Numbered from the whole stretch's first letter, positions 12,977 through 27,260 are shown. The stretch is DNA of 55,586 bases, filler included, from Catajapyx aquilonaris (GCA_000934665.2; 2 parts of 2 records of this genome joined end to end with filler, not necessarily neighbours in it); one strand, 5' to 3'. Program-made: numbers and translations. Notes: generated by a model not told the origin, from the sequence alone.

Positions 12977-13633
12977 TAGTATGAACCAATTTACAATAAC
13001 ATATGCTTGTTTCAATAAATGTACATAATGAACTGACTCATTAAAAAAGGGTCCACTTACGCATACTCATCTTTCACTATTATCCACAACTATAAGTATG
13101 AAATAGAGACGAGAAGATAGTCTACTCCAGGCCAAGATCTCTACTTAGCTTGTGACGTCGTGCAGCCAATAAACTTGCAAGTTATTATCTAGCAATATAC
13201 GCTGATGATGGCGGAGTCACAAGCTGATATTGTAAACAGAAATGGATATAAGAGAAAGTACGACAAGCGCAAAGGCAAAACAGAGTCTTGGGGGCACAAG
13301 GTTGCGGCTCTTTTGACGATGCTCGACGTGGCGGAAGCAATTAATTCTGTGTATGGCGGTATCAGATAGTAGTAATTAACCACTGGGGGAAGACCTTTGA
13401 CAATGTCGGTACACTTTTGCTGCTTCATGATGCGATCTCTCCCAAGAGAGGTCTATATGATGATATTTTCAGGTTTCGATGATATACTTATGTAATCAGC
13501 AAAAATCTTTATTAAGGAACTTTCTAGATAACAAACAGCACACCTGACTCATACTGAAGGATTTCACGTCGTTGTTCACTATAGTCTAGGTTTGGTGACA
13601 AATAAAACACAGATAAATTTTAATATTCAAAAC

Positions 13634-13690
13634 TGTTATGCGAACTTTCTCAGATTTTCCTAAGGAAAATCTGAGAAAGTTCGCATAACA
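13634..13690. repeat. 57-bp perfect hairpin
   Basis: TGTTATGCGAACTTTCTCAGATTTTCCT-A-AGGAAAATCTGAGAAAGTTCGCATAACA. Confidence 0.85.
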
Positions 13691-16600
13691 CACTAAGTAA
13701 AGTGCATTATGCAGCAAACAAAATAAGCTAGTTGCACCTTCTTATCATAGTGGGACTTAGAATAACATTGTCTTGCATTAATTCCCTTTTTAGTCTTATC
13801 AAGATCGGTTTTAAAATATTCTACTCTTTTTCATTGTTACAGTATGGCTATAGCACTGCTCGGTATTTGATCAAACGATAACATTATGAACACGTGTTAG
13901 CCTGCACGTGAAAAACTTTAGAAGGTCGAGTGAACACACGTGCCGTCACATCCATAAATACGGAAATCAAACCCGACATCATTATCTCCATATACGGACT
14001 TTCCTAATATACTATTCCCCTCGGGCCATGAATGAGATTTATTTTCCCAGGAAAGGATCTCTTCCATCCACATCCCACTCACTCTTCCCGTTTTATTTAA
14101 TCTCCCTGGTTTTCATTGGGGACTCGTATATATTCCTGAACAAATATTGGCGATAGACCTACTTATCATAAGTGGATCTTCAAGAGTCCTAAGCAGAATG
14201 ACTCTGGTGGGTGTCGTGGGAATTGATGGAGTGTTGGTTCTACTTTTCTTCGCCTTTCTATTACTCATCTGTTTGCATGATCCGGCCCAAGTTTCAATGA
14301 TATGGCTGTGGCAGCTATTTATAGCTCTAAATTGGCATGCGTATTCGATTCCATGTTGGGAGACTTCAATTCGATTTAGTTCAAGGCAAATAAACAAAAG
14401 AAATCCGACATGAGTGCTGTTGGTTTCCGGGTATATGCATGACAAGGTGAAAGGAAAGGCCTGCGGGTAATCTAACCACTTAGGATGGCGGCTGACTCGT
14501 GAAAGCAAGTCGACCTTTTTCAATTCGACTGTAGGGCCTATGGAAAGCTGAAAAAGCATTAAATACATGTATAGCTGTTGGTGAGTGTATTAAGAACGAA
14601 AGGCTAGTTCCTCGCCCTATGGCCTATAGAGTCTTAGGTCTTAGGGGGATACTTGGGGATGTAGACCCAGGACATTTCTGAGGTCTCCTCCATAAATAGG
14701 CTACAGCCGCTTCCTTCCTTCCCCCCGGCCTTTCCCCTTGGCGGCGATCAAACATCTCTTTAGGGTCGTTGTCAGTCAAAAACGCCGGATGTCGTTGCTG
14801 AGCGGTATCGGGTCTCGATCGGCGTCGACCTCCCTATTGCGACATGGCACCCTTTTTCTTCTCAATAACACTCAGTGTCAGTGCCCTCTTTTTTTCCTCT
14901 CCCGCAACTATTTTCCCTGTGCATAACATGTGCTTACCATAGCCTCTCTGATTTTCCCCCACCAGCTGAACCCCCACATTCCCTCCCCTTCCAAGCTGGA
15001 TGGTGGCCTCCAGCCGCCATTGAAATATATTTTGAGCACTTTTGAGGTGGGTTGGCACCCTCTTGGGGGTCACCCAGATCTGGCCCATTCATATTTGGAA
15101 TCTTCTGTCAGGCTGGTCCGTTTCCTTATATTTTCTTCCCAATAATACTAACATTTTTCTTCCCAATAACACTCGGTGCCCTCTTTTTTTCCTCTCCCCC
15201 AAAAATCCTATTATTTTTTCCCCCGCCCGCCCCTGCACAAAGATCTATTGTGTGCAAATCTCTCAAATGCCTACAATCCTGGGTACTATTGGGCCCTGCC
15301 CTCTTACCCTCATCGAAGCCCTGTTTTGGGGTTTTGCCTGGTATAGCATAAAAATGGGCAAGATTATGCACACCGGCGGCATAATTTCTCTGGAGAGTTT
15401 ATTTGTACATATTTTTTCTTCACAATAATACATACATTTTCCTTCCCAATAACACTCGGATCGCGTGCTCCTCTTTTTAAATGTCACATTCGTCTATTGT
15501 GCCTTCCAATACAATGGCCCCTCCCAAGGGCAAGAAGTGGGGGAAATTAACGGATCCTGCCCTCTCGTATTGTTTTCTCGTGGCGGCAACAATCCTTGAG
15601 GTGTCGCATGTGACTACAATGGCATGCATATATTTTGGGGATTGGGCCATCTATCTGGTTGTCCTGCTTAGGTATCATTTGGCCCGGATCATCCTCTCGG
15701 AGATGAGCTGGCCTATCACCAATCCGTGTCAACAATGGCATGCTACAACAATGGCATGTGACAACAATGGCATGCATATTTGGGTTGACCCACCCATAGA
15801 CCTTAGAGCTCTAAGGTCTATGGACCCACCTATATAGAGACTATTTGTCTGCCCTCATCTGGTGGGGGTGGTAGCAGGATAAGCTTGACAAGGTCAAGGT
15901 GGGCTTGCTACCACCCTAGGGATACTATACTCGTATAACAGTGTAGTTGCTAGAAAATGGCAGATAGTCTTTGCAAATGGCAATTAATTTGACATTCAAA
16001 ATCACACGCTTTCGTTTTTCAAGGTAATCACTTGTTAATTATCACAAATAAGATACGACTACAGGTAGCCATTTGACATATCCAGACAGCTTTCAAATAC
16101 CCATCAATACGATGTCAAACTCAAATACACTGGCGGTGACACAGATTTTGGCCATTAATTCTATCCTCTCCTATTCCAAAGAGGCTTCCCACTTGACCCC
16201 ATGGTTAATTGAAAGACTAGAAGGTGGAGTGGATCCGCACCGAATGAATATAAAGGTCATTACTGGCTCGTAAACTATTAAAGAGCGCCCTATATTGGAA
16301 AACCATTGGCTGTCTATAGGGATAGGCCATGGGAAGTCGGCTCAGTAAAAGCAGGTGTCTGGAGAATGTACACGTGCTTCCAAAGTGTCGTTAAAAGGAC
16401 ATTTTACTCAAAATGTACTGGTTGTCAACGGATAGTGCAGCGAGGACTACCTATAATGAAACATCCTGTAACTGCGCAGAGAAAGTGAAAATCAGTGCAA
16501 AAAGTTGAGCTGGTTTCGTTATGAAATCTTGTACCTGGTATAATTATGCTCCAGGATATGACGACGCGTGTAAACCTACTTTTCTCCAACAGTCTTCAAC

Positions 16601-17859
16601 TTCATAGCTCCAAAAGTTCCATTAAGACTGGAAGCTTGGGAGTACTTTTGCTTAATGCAATGTCTGGGTGTACGCAAGATTCCATCCATTGTATTTACGC
16701 CGTTTGTCTCCGGGTTACATTCCAGCAAATTGGAATTTCAGACTATTCAGACTACCTGCGGCGAAGATGCTGGCAGGTACAATAGAAGTTTATACACTTA
16801 AACAGTAGAGCACATCAACTTTGCTTGAAACAAGGAAAATGCATTACATTGGCATGAAAGTACTCGCTCCAATCAATTCAACCTGCAAAATCCTTCAAAG
16901 CAAAATTTAAAAGGGGTTTTAATCCCGGTTTAAAAAATGAGGCGTAAATCCCGCGGAAATGAATGGACATCGTTTAATGGTCAAAATAAGTGGGATATAG
17001 GTCTTTAAACCCGATGCATAAAATGGCAACAAGTGGCACTTCGCTTTCAAGGGAGATGAACCGTTTAACCCCTTCTCGCATGTGTTACTCCCTTTTCCCG
17101 TGTTTATTGATCGTAAAGAGGGGAATTGAAAGGGATTGTTAAAAAGAAGAACGTGCATGACTTCCTCTTGTACGGTACGGCCTGAATGCAACTGTTCATA
17201 CACACTGAAAACAGTCATTGTATAAATACATACACACTTGTGCATAAACCATTACATACACCCATTATTGCTGTACATTATAAATGCGCATGAAATTTAG
17301 GATAAGTTAATAAAGCTGTTTTATGCAGAAAATACAGAAATGAGGGGTGCGGTGAAAAAGGTGATAACCCTCCTTTTTGTCATTTTTTACCTAAACGCCA
17401 TGCAACTATGTAAAAGACATGACAACCAGTTTGGTATACTCCAAGTTCACGTGTCATGCACGATACGGCCACACGAACTACGGTAGATCAAAATCCGTAT
17501 TCCCTATAATTTGTTAAGAGAATGCAAACTTCAATTCGCTCTCCTGAAAAATTACACTTTTCTGGGTTATCCTCTTTTTCCACCACACCCATCAAATGTA
17601 TTCAGTTCCATTATTTTCGAGTTTCGAAATGGAGATGAATGTACATTTCTATATTTTCTGTATAAAACAGCTTTATTAACTAATCCTTCCGGGCGCAGAA
17701 TTGCACTCCCTTCTCTGCCCAGGGCCAGGAGAAAAGATCTGGTATTTAAGAGGGTCTGTCGTCTGAAATGACTAGAAACTAAAGGCCCACTACTAGAGNN
17801 NNNNNNNGCGCCCCCCCCCCCCCTTGGGAACGTCCCCCTCCCCTATACTACGCCCACTG

Positions 17860-17948
17860 GACCAGGGCGCTGCAGCAAAACAAGGACATTGTAATGTATG
17901 CGTTTAAATAAAGATCCGTGTAATACCTCCTAGGAGGTCCGCACTACC

Positions 17949-18018
<70 letters not shown>
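17860..18018 (+). mobile_element. 3' tail of a family-2-related SINE/LINE with (ATT)n microsatellite
   Basis: AATAAAGATCCGTG...GGTCCGCACTACCCA(TTA)n resembles the 8405-8473 tail AATAAAGGTCCGTG...GGTCAGGCACTACCCA. Confidence 0.6.
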
Positions 18019-18022
<4 letters not shown>

Positions 18023-18819
18023 TTTCCTAAATTTCATGCACATTTATAAACATTTTTATACATTTAGACTTTTCATGTATTTTCTGGAAACTAAAGGAAG
18101 GCATAACCGAATTTGTTGTAGAAGCGACAACATTTTATACAACAGGCCTGTGCGAACTGTGTTTGACAACTTATGGCTACAGCATGTGCAGTATTAGCAA
18201 GAAAATCTTTAATTATCCGAGTAGGCCTACTTTACGGCTGTGTAACTCCAACGTTACCTGTAGCATTGCAAGACGATTGAAATGGACTTACTTCATCCAA
18301 TTTACAGCTAACAAAACTGCACTGCTGCACTTATCACAAATTGCCACTTCAAGAGTGAGGTCTTAAGAAAATGTCACGTAGTAATTTCTATAGGCAACTC
18401 GGGAGTAACCTTCAGCTGAATTTGTGGCAGAGTGGCAGTGTCTTTTGTAAAGGCCAACGGGCTGAAAAATTCCCAAGTGGCGTACAATGTCTTATCGTCT
18501 GAACCGATCTGCACTGTCAATTTCAACATCTGCGGTGTATGGGAAGGTGAGAGGTTGCTTCATACAGTTTCATCATTATTTTTACAAGTATAATATTGAC
18601 ATACGCTCTACGCGGCTGTCGGACCCATAGCCCTACAATAAGCGCAACACTTTTGGAGTAAAATGACTAAATGCGTACACTATACCTGATTATATACTTG
18701 AACGATAGTAAAGCAATACTCACATTTTTTTGCACCATCCTGCATAAGATGTTTCATATAGCCTATTCTGAGGTGAGTATTTTCAAGTGTAACTGATGTG
18801 ATATGTATTGTCTTTTCAG

Positions 18820-18823
18820 GCGG
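18820..18823 (+). CDS. Candidate 4-nt microexon (GCGG) of the LGR gene
   Basis: TCTTTTCAG|GCGG|GTATGT followed by a 62-nt intron ending ATGCAG. It converts the phase-1 upstream donor to the phase-2 entry needed by the LDLa exon. Confidence 0.45.
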
Positions 18824-18885
18824 GTATGTATCAACGAGACTATACTTCTTTCTGATCGTTTATAACCGGATTCACTTGTATGCAG

Positions 18886-21800
18886 TTTGAGCTCACTGGA
18901 GTGCCCAGCAGGTAGCTTTTCCTGCGGTTTCGACACCATGAAATCTGGTTGCATACCGCAAAGATATGTGTGCGACTCTCGCCGAGATTGTCCAAACGGG
19001 GAGGATGAAATGCCAGAGTTTTGCGGTACCAACTATTCACTATTGCATGGACGGTGTCTATCTCTGTAGTGCGTGTATATCAATATTATTGTTGTGGCTA
19101 ATAAGGCTATGCGGCCGGGCTTTTTCTGTGTTTTACTTTATTGTTCTGCAATTTTTAGCACATGTCTTTGTGCATTATTTGCAAAAATCAGTTGCTTGCT
19201 GCACATATGCTGAATGTGCATGGTGTACAGCAACTATACTTCGGGTTGTCCAAACTGAGAAGAAGAAATATCATTCTGCCCCATTTAGTGATGGGGCGGG
19301 GGGGGGNGGGGGGGGGGGAGTTGTCTGGCGTAAGCTAGATGTCTCGGTCTATGAGTACAGCTGGAGTACTATTGCTCCATTTATTTAATAAGCGGCAGTA
19401 GAATGTGAGCACCGATCTCCAAGTCAGAAAGTATTAAGGAGCTTCAAATGCAAAGCTTTTAGTTACCCCGTACATTTTCTCATGTAATTCCAGTTGTAAT
19501 TTATCGTGTTATTGATATCAAAGGGGTTAGTTTACTGATTAGCGTCAGTAAAGTCTTCAGAGTCGACACTCATTTTACATCACAAGTATTGTCAGTCAAC
19601 ATAGTATTATCATGTTGTATGCCATAATATTATTATCATGTAGTATGCCATAATATTATTATCTGCGTTTTACATTTGTGTAGTTGTGATACTGCACACG
19701 GTTGTTAGCAATGATATTATTTCAGTGGACATGCACGATTCCGCCCACATTGCAGTAGACCTGAGTGGCCCAAAACCGGAAACATCTTTGTGCAGTAAGT
19801 AATGATACGTCACAATTTATATACCTGGGAAGCTTGCATAACCCACGCTACGTGACTAAAATTTCAGACATCACCAGCTATCCAAAGGAATGCATTTGCC
19901 AATGGCTGACTCATTTGCATTGTGAAAATATGGGACTTGTAGACGTACCTCAAGACGTCTCACAAGATGTTACTCGTTTGTAAGTAATTAGCAGAGCAAG
20001 CGCTGAAATGTATTTAAATAAATGTTTAACTATACTGCTTGCTTCCTGCAGAATACTTCCTGATAATAACCTCAAACTTTCGTCCGATTCCTTCACGCGA
20101 TACAACTTGAATTTGATGTAAGTTTGGAGAAACATTCTTAGTTGGGTGAATATATCTTGCATGAACAACTTTATTCTAGCCATCTAGAAGGAAACCATCT
20201 AGCAAGACTTCCAAGAGGAATTTTCTCTAGCCAGAAAAATCTCAGAAGAATGTAAGCCACTGAACTGGATGCAATACAGTAATGTGTATGGCTATGACTT
20301 ATTGATGTAATAAATTTTTAGATTTCTGAATAATAATATATTAGTGTCATTGGACTCTGACATCTTCCGTGGTCTTGGAAAGCTGAAATGGATTTTCTTG
20401 GACAATAACTACCTAAGCAACATTGATCCAGAAGTGATTTTCCAAGACACCCATTCTGTCAAGTGGTTGTAAGTATCTTCGCTGCTAGATTTGTAAAGAC
20501 ATCCGAGATAGGTGCCTAATTAATATTCTCTGACTTCCTCAGGGATATTTCATCAAACAAGCTGACTCTCGAAGGGGTTATTTTCCCATCTTTGCCTGAT
20601 TTAACTAAACTGTAGGTTTTCATAATATTCTGATAACTATTAATACTGCATATGAGACAATGTAAACTAACATGTGGGCTTTTTGCATACATAATTTTCA
20701 GACTACTCATGCACAATGACATTGAAAGCATAGGAGAACACACATTCGAGAATCTGATCAGACTCTCCCAACTGTAAGTGTAAACAATCTGTCACTCTAT
20801 GAGATTGTGAGTTTTTCTTGTCCTCCAATGTATACATGTATAATTTTTGTGAACTCTAACGCATGAAAAGCAGCAGGAGAGCAAAATATATTATACTATT
20901 TAACTAATGCTAATATGTAATGAAATTGTGTAAACCTACCAAACTTCGTGATATAGGGTAAATTGGGGTAAGTGCGGCCTGATTTTGATTTGGTGCAGTT
21001 TAAAGGCATGCTACGTCTTCAGTAATTAGCAAGTGAGAAATAAAAGTAATGGACAATATACCTTCAAGTGCCATGATTGTAGTATATACACTAATAATTA
21101 TTATCAAAATCGAATAATATTTTCATTCATTATTATTGCAAACAGTGCTTAGGAAAATCAAGAAAATTCCTACGTTATGTGTACTCTTAAGAACAGAAGA
21201 AATACAGTCATCCCCCGGTTATCCGCGGTAATATATTGCTTCCATCCAAGCCCCGCACGGATTAACCGAACTCTAATGAATCAAGGTTTTTAAATATACT
21301 CGTACATTTTACCAGCGATAAATTTAATTTACGAATTATTACCTGTACACAACTTCAGACATCAACAAAAACAATTAAAAATGAAATAGGGCAGGTATAA
21401 CACAGTACTGTACTACAATAGCCTAAATAACTTAAACGGATGAAAGTTTTAAAATTTAATATTTTTATCAATATTTAGTTAATATTTTCAAACTGCGGAT
21501 AACGTTAATATATTCATCTGAACTGACAAACTGCATATTCACATGCAATATTAAATTGTGAAACTCTCTGTGACGACAATACCGAAAATAAAAGCGATTG
21601 AAGAATGTGTAGCGTGAAGACTCAGTAATAAGTACCGGTAAGTGAGTTAAGTATGCTTTCACGAAATAAAGTAACTTATACTCACCTCACGGAATTAGGT
21701 ATACTATCACAGAGTTAAGGAGGCTACCCATTCTGTACGAAACTTTTGTTATATTTACAACTTCAATATCTTCCAGAATTTTTAGTATAGCATGTTAGAA

Positions 21801-23741
21801 AATGTATTATGCTTTTTATACATTAATAATGAATTTAATATGAACTTATGCAGTATTTAAGTGAGTTTCCTCATTGCGAATCGTCAATATCACGAAGTTG
21901 GGTTTAGGTTTCACATAATTATATTTTGTATGCACACAAGTCAATTGCACACGCTTTTTTGACATCTTATCCATTTCATAATGACAAAAATGATCATGAC
22001 AGTATTGGCTATTGATAAGCGACGCTGCAGTAATTCAGTGCAAGAGAGTGACAAGCATTGCAGGGCCTGAGAGTTAGTATAACTTCTCTTGCAAGTTCTG
22101 TTAGTAGGCTAACTATTGGTAGGCTATAGAGTCTTCTAATTACTGCTATACGTATACTGAAGGGATGAATTTAGGAGGTGGATTAATCACTTCGCTTGTG
22201 CTGAGAGAAGGCATGGATTCGATCCCTGCCATCTCCAACTGTTTTTCTTGATTAACAGTATTATGTCGTCCTATTCTGCAAAGGTGCCAAAACTCTCTAC
22301 CGATAATAAATTTTGCCGAATAATATGTGGAATACGCGTGATTAAGAAGGTCCTGGGTTCTAATATTATTTGTGGAAGCTATCCTATAGTAGTCTACCGC
22401 ATGTCCTGTGGTTTTACCTGGTCATGATCAGCGGGTGAATACTGAGATACTGCCGTTTACTACTTCAGTATTTTCACGAGTAGAAAAATGCAAGAGTGAG
22501 AATTTTAATAAAATTATGTCACAAGCGACACAGGATAATTATTATATTATCTTCATAATCAGGAGAGTTCACTAAAATGGATAGCAATACATGCTTATAA
22601 TAATTTACAATAGTTTACAATAACAATATTATAATTACCACACCCCATGACTCCATGACCTCGGGAAAATGATGCCAATTACAGAATGAATATCTGCTTC
22701 CGCCGTTTCCCTTTTAAGCCATCAGGTAGAGCCCTCCCCTCTCCAATGTAAACCCAGTATATCGGGGATGAATGACCTCAATCGTGAGAATGGATCTGAA
22801 TAATCCAGGCCAGCTCTGACTTTTATGTCCTACTCTCACGCGACTCTGCATTGAACTGCTCAGACGTCTTTGTTATCCTTGTCTCTTTTTTCTCTTATTA
22901 TTCCGATATTTCCCCTCAGGAGCCTGAGTCACAACCGAATTAGGACCATTGACCGCCGGGCATTCTTTCACTTACATCGCCTTGTAGCTCTGTAAGTCAA
23001 GATATTTTCAGTTACCTAACTGCGATATATTTCCAAAACAAACTTGCTAATTAAATTTTGTAACCGCAGGGATTTGTCTTACAACCAAATAGAAAGTCTT
23101 GATCCTACGGTCTTCAAAGGACTGGACCGACTTGAGAAACTGTGAGTCTTACGAAAGTAAAATTTTATCTATGTACGTAAGTTACGAAAAACGAAACTTG
23201 TAGAGCAACTACTGTTAGTGCATGCGTGCCACGATTATATAGGATAAGTCCTTCAAATGGCATATCAGTCCGGTGATACTGTATTATTTTCTAGGTATAT
23301 GGGACACAATCCAATCACATTCATCTCCAAACACTTGTTTGCTCACCTGGGCCACATGAAATCACTGTAAGTAGACTGATATTTTCCCACCCTTCCTTGT
23401 TTGAAGTGGTTGTTTACCAGAATCCAATTAAATAGCACAGAGTGCATTCCATGAAATTAATCATGAATTAGAATGCTGGTAGCTGAAAATAAACCAAGTT
23501 TGCAATGTATACAACCTAGACCTTCGTTTGACATTACAGCGACTTGACCGGATTGGAGATAACCAACATCAATGTGGAAACCTTTTCGCAGCTGACCAAC
23601 TTGTCTTTCATGTAAGTTGCAGTGTTGGCACGGACCGCATGTGCATGCAAATTAAACTGGATCTTTTCCGCAGATACTTCAAGAAGTTCCAGTACTGCAG
23701 CTTCGCTCTCCTTGTTCCAAAGTGCGGGCCCTTCTCTGACG
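18886..23741 (+). CDS. Relaxin-family leucine-rich repeat GPCR (type C1 LGR; RXFP1/2, Lgr3/Lgr4-like), ectodomain exons only
   Basis: Phase-consistent GT-AG exons: 18886-19025 (LDLa, CPAGSFSC...CIPQRYVCDSRRDCPNGEDEMPEFC), 19726-19794 (linker), 19868-19979 (LRR N-cap, PKECICQWLTHLHCENMGLVDVP), phase-2 LRR exons 20052-20117, 20180-20251, 20322-20468, 20543-20611, 20702-20773, 22920-22991, 23070-23141, 23295-23366, 23540-23611, and hinge 23674-23741 YFKKFQYCSFALLVPKCGPFSDG, which matches the RXFP hinge YFKKFQYC...C.P..DG. No 7TM exons were found. Confidence 0.93.
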
Positions 23742-24706
23742 GTGAGTTACACCCTCGGTTCTGGGTACTTGAAGTGGGGCCCAATTAAGCAAGTTCGCGT
23801 GCGGGCTTCAAACCGCCAAAAGGAGATTTATGTGCTGGTTGTAAAACTACTACTCACGGGCCTTATTGGATATGAAGCAATAATTCCCTCATGTCTGTTC
23901 TTTCACTCGTCAAGTTCAAACTATGCTGACTCATATTTTTTCATTATGAAAGGAGAGTAGGCTATAATACTGATGAGGTTTCCTGGTACACCCCATGATG
24001 ATCTATCCAGAAGGAATTCTATTGACAAACTTTTACACTGTAGTAATTAGGAGTGCTGCAGAAAGTGAAGCTGGTTTACACTGACTTTTTTGAACGTAAA
24101 GTTGTTTTCTAAGCTCATTATTACCGTCCTAACTAATATGGATTTTTCAGTCAAATAGGCCTAAAGAACAATTTCTGAATTAAGATTTTGGCTCCAGTGA
24201 CACCACATTGCATGGGATTGTGACTGCATTTGTCCAGTAATACGTTGATTTTTGTTATTTTTGAGGTACATTATTCGCAGGTGATTGTATATTGAAAAGC
24301 TGAGGTTTATGCTTGATGATAAATAATTCGGATCAGTTTAAGTAGCCGAATCAATTGCAAACATACGCGTGTAATAAAATAAAGTAATAATGAGGTCGCC
24401 TTAGGGAATAAGCATTTTTCTACTCTTACCTATTATGTAAATGCATGCACATCCCATGCATTCAGTCCAAAAGGTGAACTGTGATCGGCATCGAGAATAA
24501 TACCACCGCAAGTGGTGGAATTAAGTAGCTGAGTGAAGGCGCACTTAAAAAATGACAATAATATTTACTCAATTTTGACCTCTCACCCTCAATCCCCCCC
24601 CCCCCTCTCCACATACCCACACACCAGCTGTGAAAATCAAGGTTACAATAGTATTTTTGCTTAGTGCACTTCTGCGTGCAATCTTATGTAGAGTGGCCTA
24701 GGCCTA

Positions 24707-27260
24707 CTAGAAAAACACTCGCTTCGCTGGAATTTTTCTAGGCCTGCGGCTGTTATGTGGCTTGAAACCATTACGTATGCGGAAAAACCTCTCCTCTGTA
24801 ACTGTATATCCAACAACCGCAGTTGCTTTGGCTCCTACCTTATCACTCAAACAATTTGCAGATGTTATTTATAAAACCTCTGATGTTGTCAGTCACTACC
24901 TCACCATTCACTTTGCCTTGGCGATCACTCTCAAGGACTTGTATTCTCAGTACATTCATGGAACGAACGCAAGAACAGGCCACATATAGTTATAGCAGAT
25001 AGGTTTGAATCTTCACGGAGGTTCGATGGCAGGCGAAAAGAGGTGTGACAGGTAATTTCCACCAGGAAGCAATATCGCTGCAATTCCAGTATACCCCACA
25101 GAGAGGACAATCTTTTGTTGATTTTCAAAATGTTGTATCAGAGATTTGTATGGAAAGGTTTTGCCAGTTCCACCTGGGCCGTCAATGAAAAAGAAACGCT
25201 TGCGAGACCCGGTGTAGAGCTGCAATAATGTCCTCAGCTGCTGAGCGCTGGCCCTCGTTCAATATTGATCTATGGTAGCAAGAGCTGATGGTAGCAGTGT
25301 CCTGGTCTGCATCTGCTGGAACATGGTCAACAAAGTGGACGTGGTCGACCATTACTTCCGGCTGAGGCAGACCTATAATGCAGCGCAAGTGAGACCACCA
25401 GCTTCTAGTTGTGCCTGAATTTCCCACAACGCGAAAGTTTCAGAGGAATGGTTATCGTGACCAGCATGGGTGAAGTCTTCAGTCAGTGCTCTGCAAAACT
25501 GCTCCCACAGTTGGCGAGGATTGGCCACATGGCAATGCATAAGCAGCACCGAAAAGAGGGACGAAGTTGGTGGGGCATCATATACACAGACTCGAGCATT
25601 TTCGCCATTCACCGTCATCAAGAATGAAACCACTGGCTAAGGCAGCAGCCTCGCGATAAGAAGAGAACACCACGCCGCGCCGTTGACAGTGAGCAAAGAC
25701 TCAAATGAAGTAGGTCTAGGAACATTCAACAGCATCAGTTGTAAATGGAAGAGCTCAACCCTACCAATGACAGCTTCCCCACCTCGCTATCTCTTACACC
25801 AACCACAATCCTTGCTGAAGACATGCAGGAATGTCTCGATAAAGAGTATTGCTTACCGTGCTGGGATCGTTCAGGTTGAGGAGGAACCAAGCAATGAGCG
25901 TGGTGTGCATGGTTCTCTCAAGGCGCAAATGCTCCTCCTCTTGGCCTTCCTCAAAGAATATGCGCTGAGCATCTTTCAGATGCACGGCAAGCTGAATGAT
26001 TGTGTGGGATTGGTGATGTAAACGGGGGTTTTTCCCCTATCGCCAAGCAGCCTCAGGTGCGGTGGTGTGACACATCTCGTGTGTACGAAGTCATCGATTT
26101 CATTCAAAGATAGGACGCCCGCCGTCGCTTTCCTTCAAATCCACTCACGCTCTGTCATGCCCTTTATACTGTACTTGCATAGTACTTGCATAGAAGTACT
26201 CGCAAGGCACGGGATCGCGTATAATTATGTGAATGCATCTTAAGTACTTGATTGCCAAGATGGTGTGGCACATCTCAACATTGATGTGAGCGTCGAACAT
26301 GAGGGTAAGGACGGAGTTGTAAGGGACGACGCAGCCGTTGTTGACACAACGGCCACGAACCACGTGGACTTGGTCCGTGTTATCAGTGCGGTGATATTTG
26401 GGATAACCATCCCCGCCGGTGTCAGTGGAGTCTTGAAAACCTTTAGGGAAGTGCTTCTTGCACGCTCCGTATTCCATGCACACGCAGCTAGGGTTGAGTT
26501 TGCCGCTTGGGCCGTGGATGTTATTGGCCATAATAATCGTGTAAAGGCGTACTGGAAAGGCAATAGGAGTGGACAATGCACTGTTGGAAAAGCTTTCCAC
26601 CATGATGTAAATGATTGAATCCCTCCCTCACTGCCAGACGGCTCGAATAGAACTGCAACGGTGTCAGAGGCTTTCCGTCAGGAATCGCGTTTTGCCCTTT
26701 GATGGTCCAACCTGAGTCACCGGATGGGAAGAGTATGGTGAAGACCATTAGATCCACATGCCTACTGCAGTAATTCACCTCTTGGATCCGGCCTGATGCT
26801 TTGGGTGCACTGCGAGGTCGAAAGCAGACACATCACCACTGCCGCTCACGATCAGGTAGTCTACATGCACTCGGAGTTTGTAAGAGGAGCGTTGTATCGC
26901 CTCTGATGGTCATCACGGGCGTTTCTCACAAAAATCAACAGGTACTGAATTGCCTCCTGCGAAGAGTGTAAGTGGCGTTATTGTTCTTGCCTGGCTGCTT
27001 CACCCAGCTTCTTGTAATTGCAAGCGTGTAGATTAACACAGCGCAATACCTCGTCAATCATGATCATGATGGACTCGTGGCAACCAGAGTTTTGTTGCAT
27101 GTGCATCCCAAATCGAACAGCAGCATCGGAGTCATAAACATAGATCTAGCTATAACGTGGCGTCATGCCCTGATTCGGTGCAGGATCCTGAACCAAGGCG
27201 GACGTTGCCAAGTGGTGCACCTCACTTTGAAACAGTAGAGGCCGTTACCAGGAATGTCTT
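24707..27260 (-). mobile_element. Degenerate autonomous Helitron (Rep/PIF1 helicase pseudogene)
   Basis: Minus-strand fragments in RepHel order: LTPLQFYSSRLAVREGFNHLHHGGKLFQQ; HGP...NPSCVCM..GACKKHFPK...DGYPKYHR; VVPYN..L...FDAHINVEMC; NPRQLWEQF; FFIDGPGGTGKTF (Walker A). 3' end ...CAGCGAAGCGAGTGTTTTTCTAG|T at 24707. Multiple frameshifts; 5' boundary approximate. Confidence 0.92.

Noticed and set aside
13189..14568. Minus-strand ORFs with a LLYPF stretch vaguely like an IR S1/M1 boundary
   Set aside because: No following Trp/M1, pore or M3 motif; similarity too weak.
14840..15780. Recurrent TTCCCAATAACACTCGG and ACAATGGCATG units that might suggest a CRISPR-like array
   Set aside because: Repeats are degenerate and irregularly spaced in a eukaryotic intron with no cas genes; more likely TE-internal repeats.
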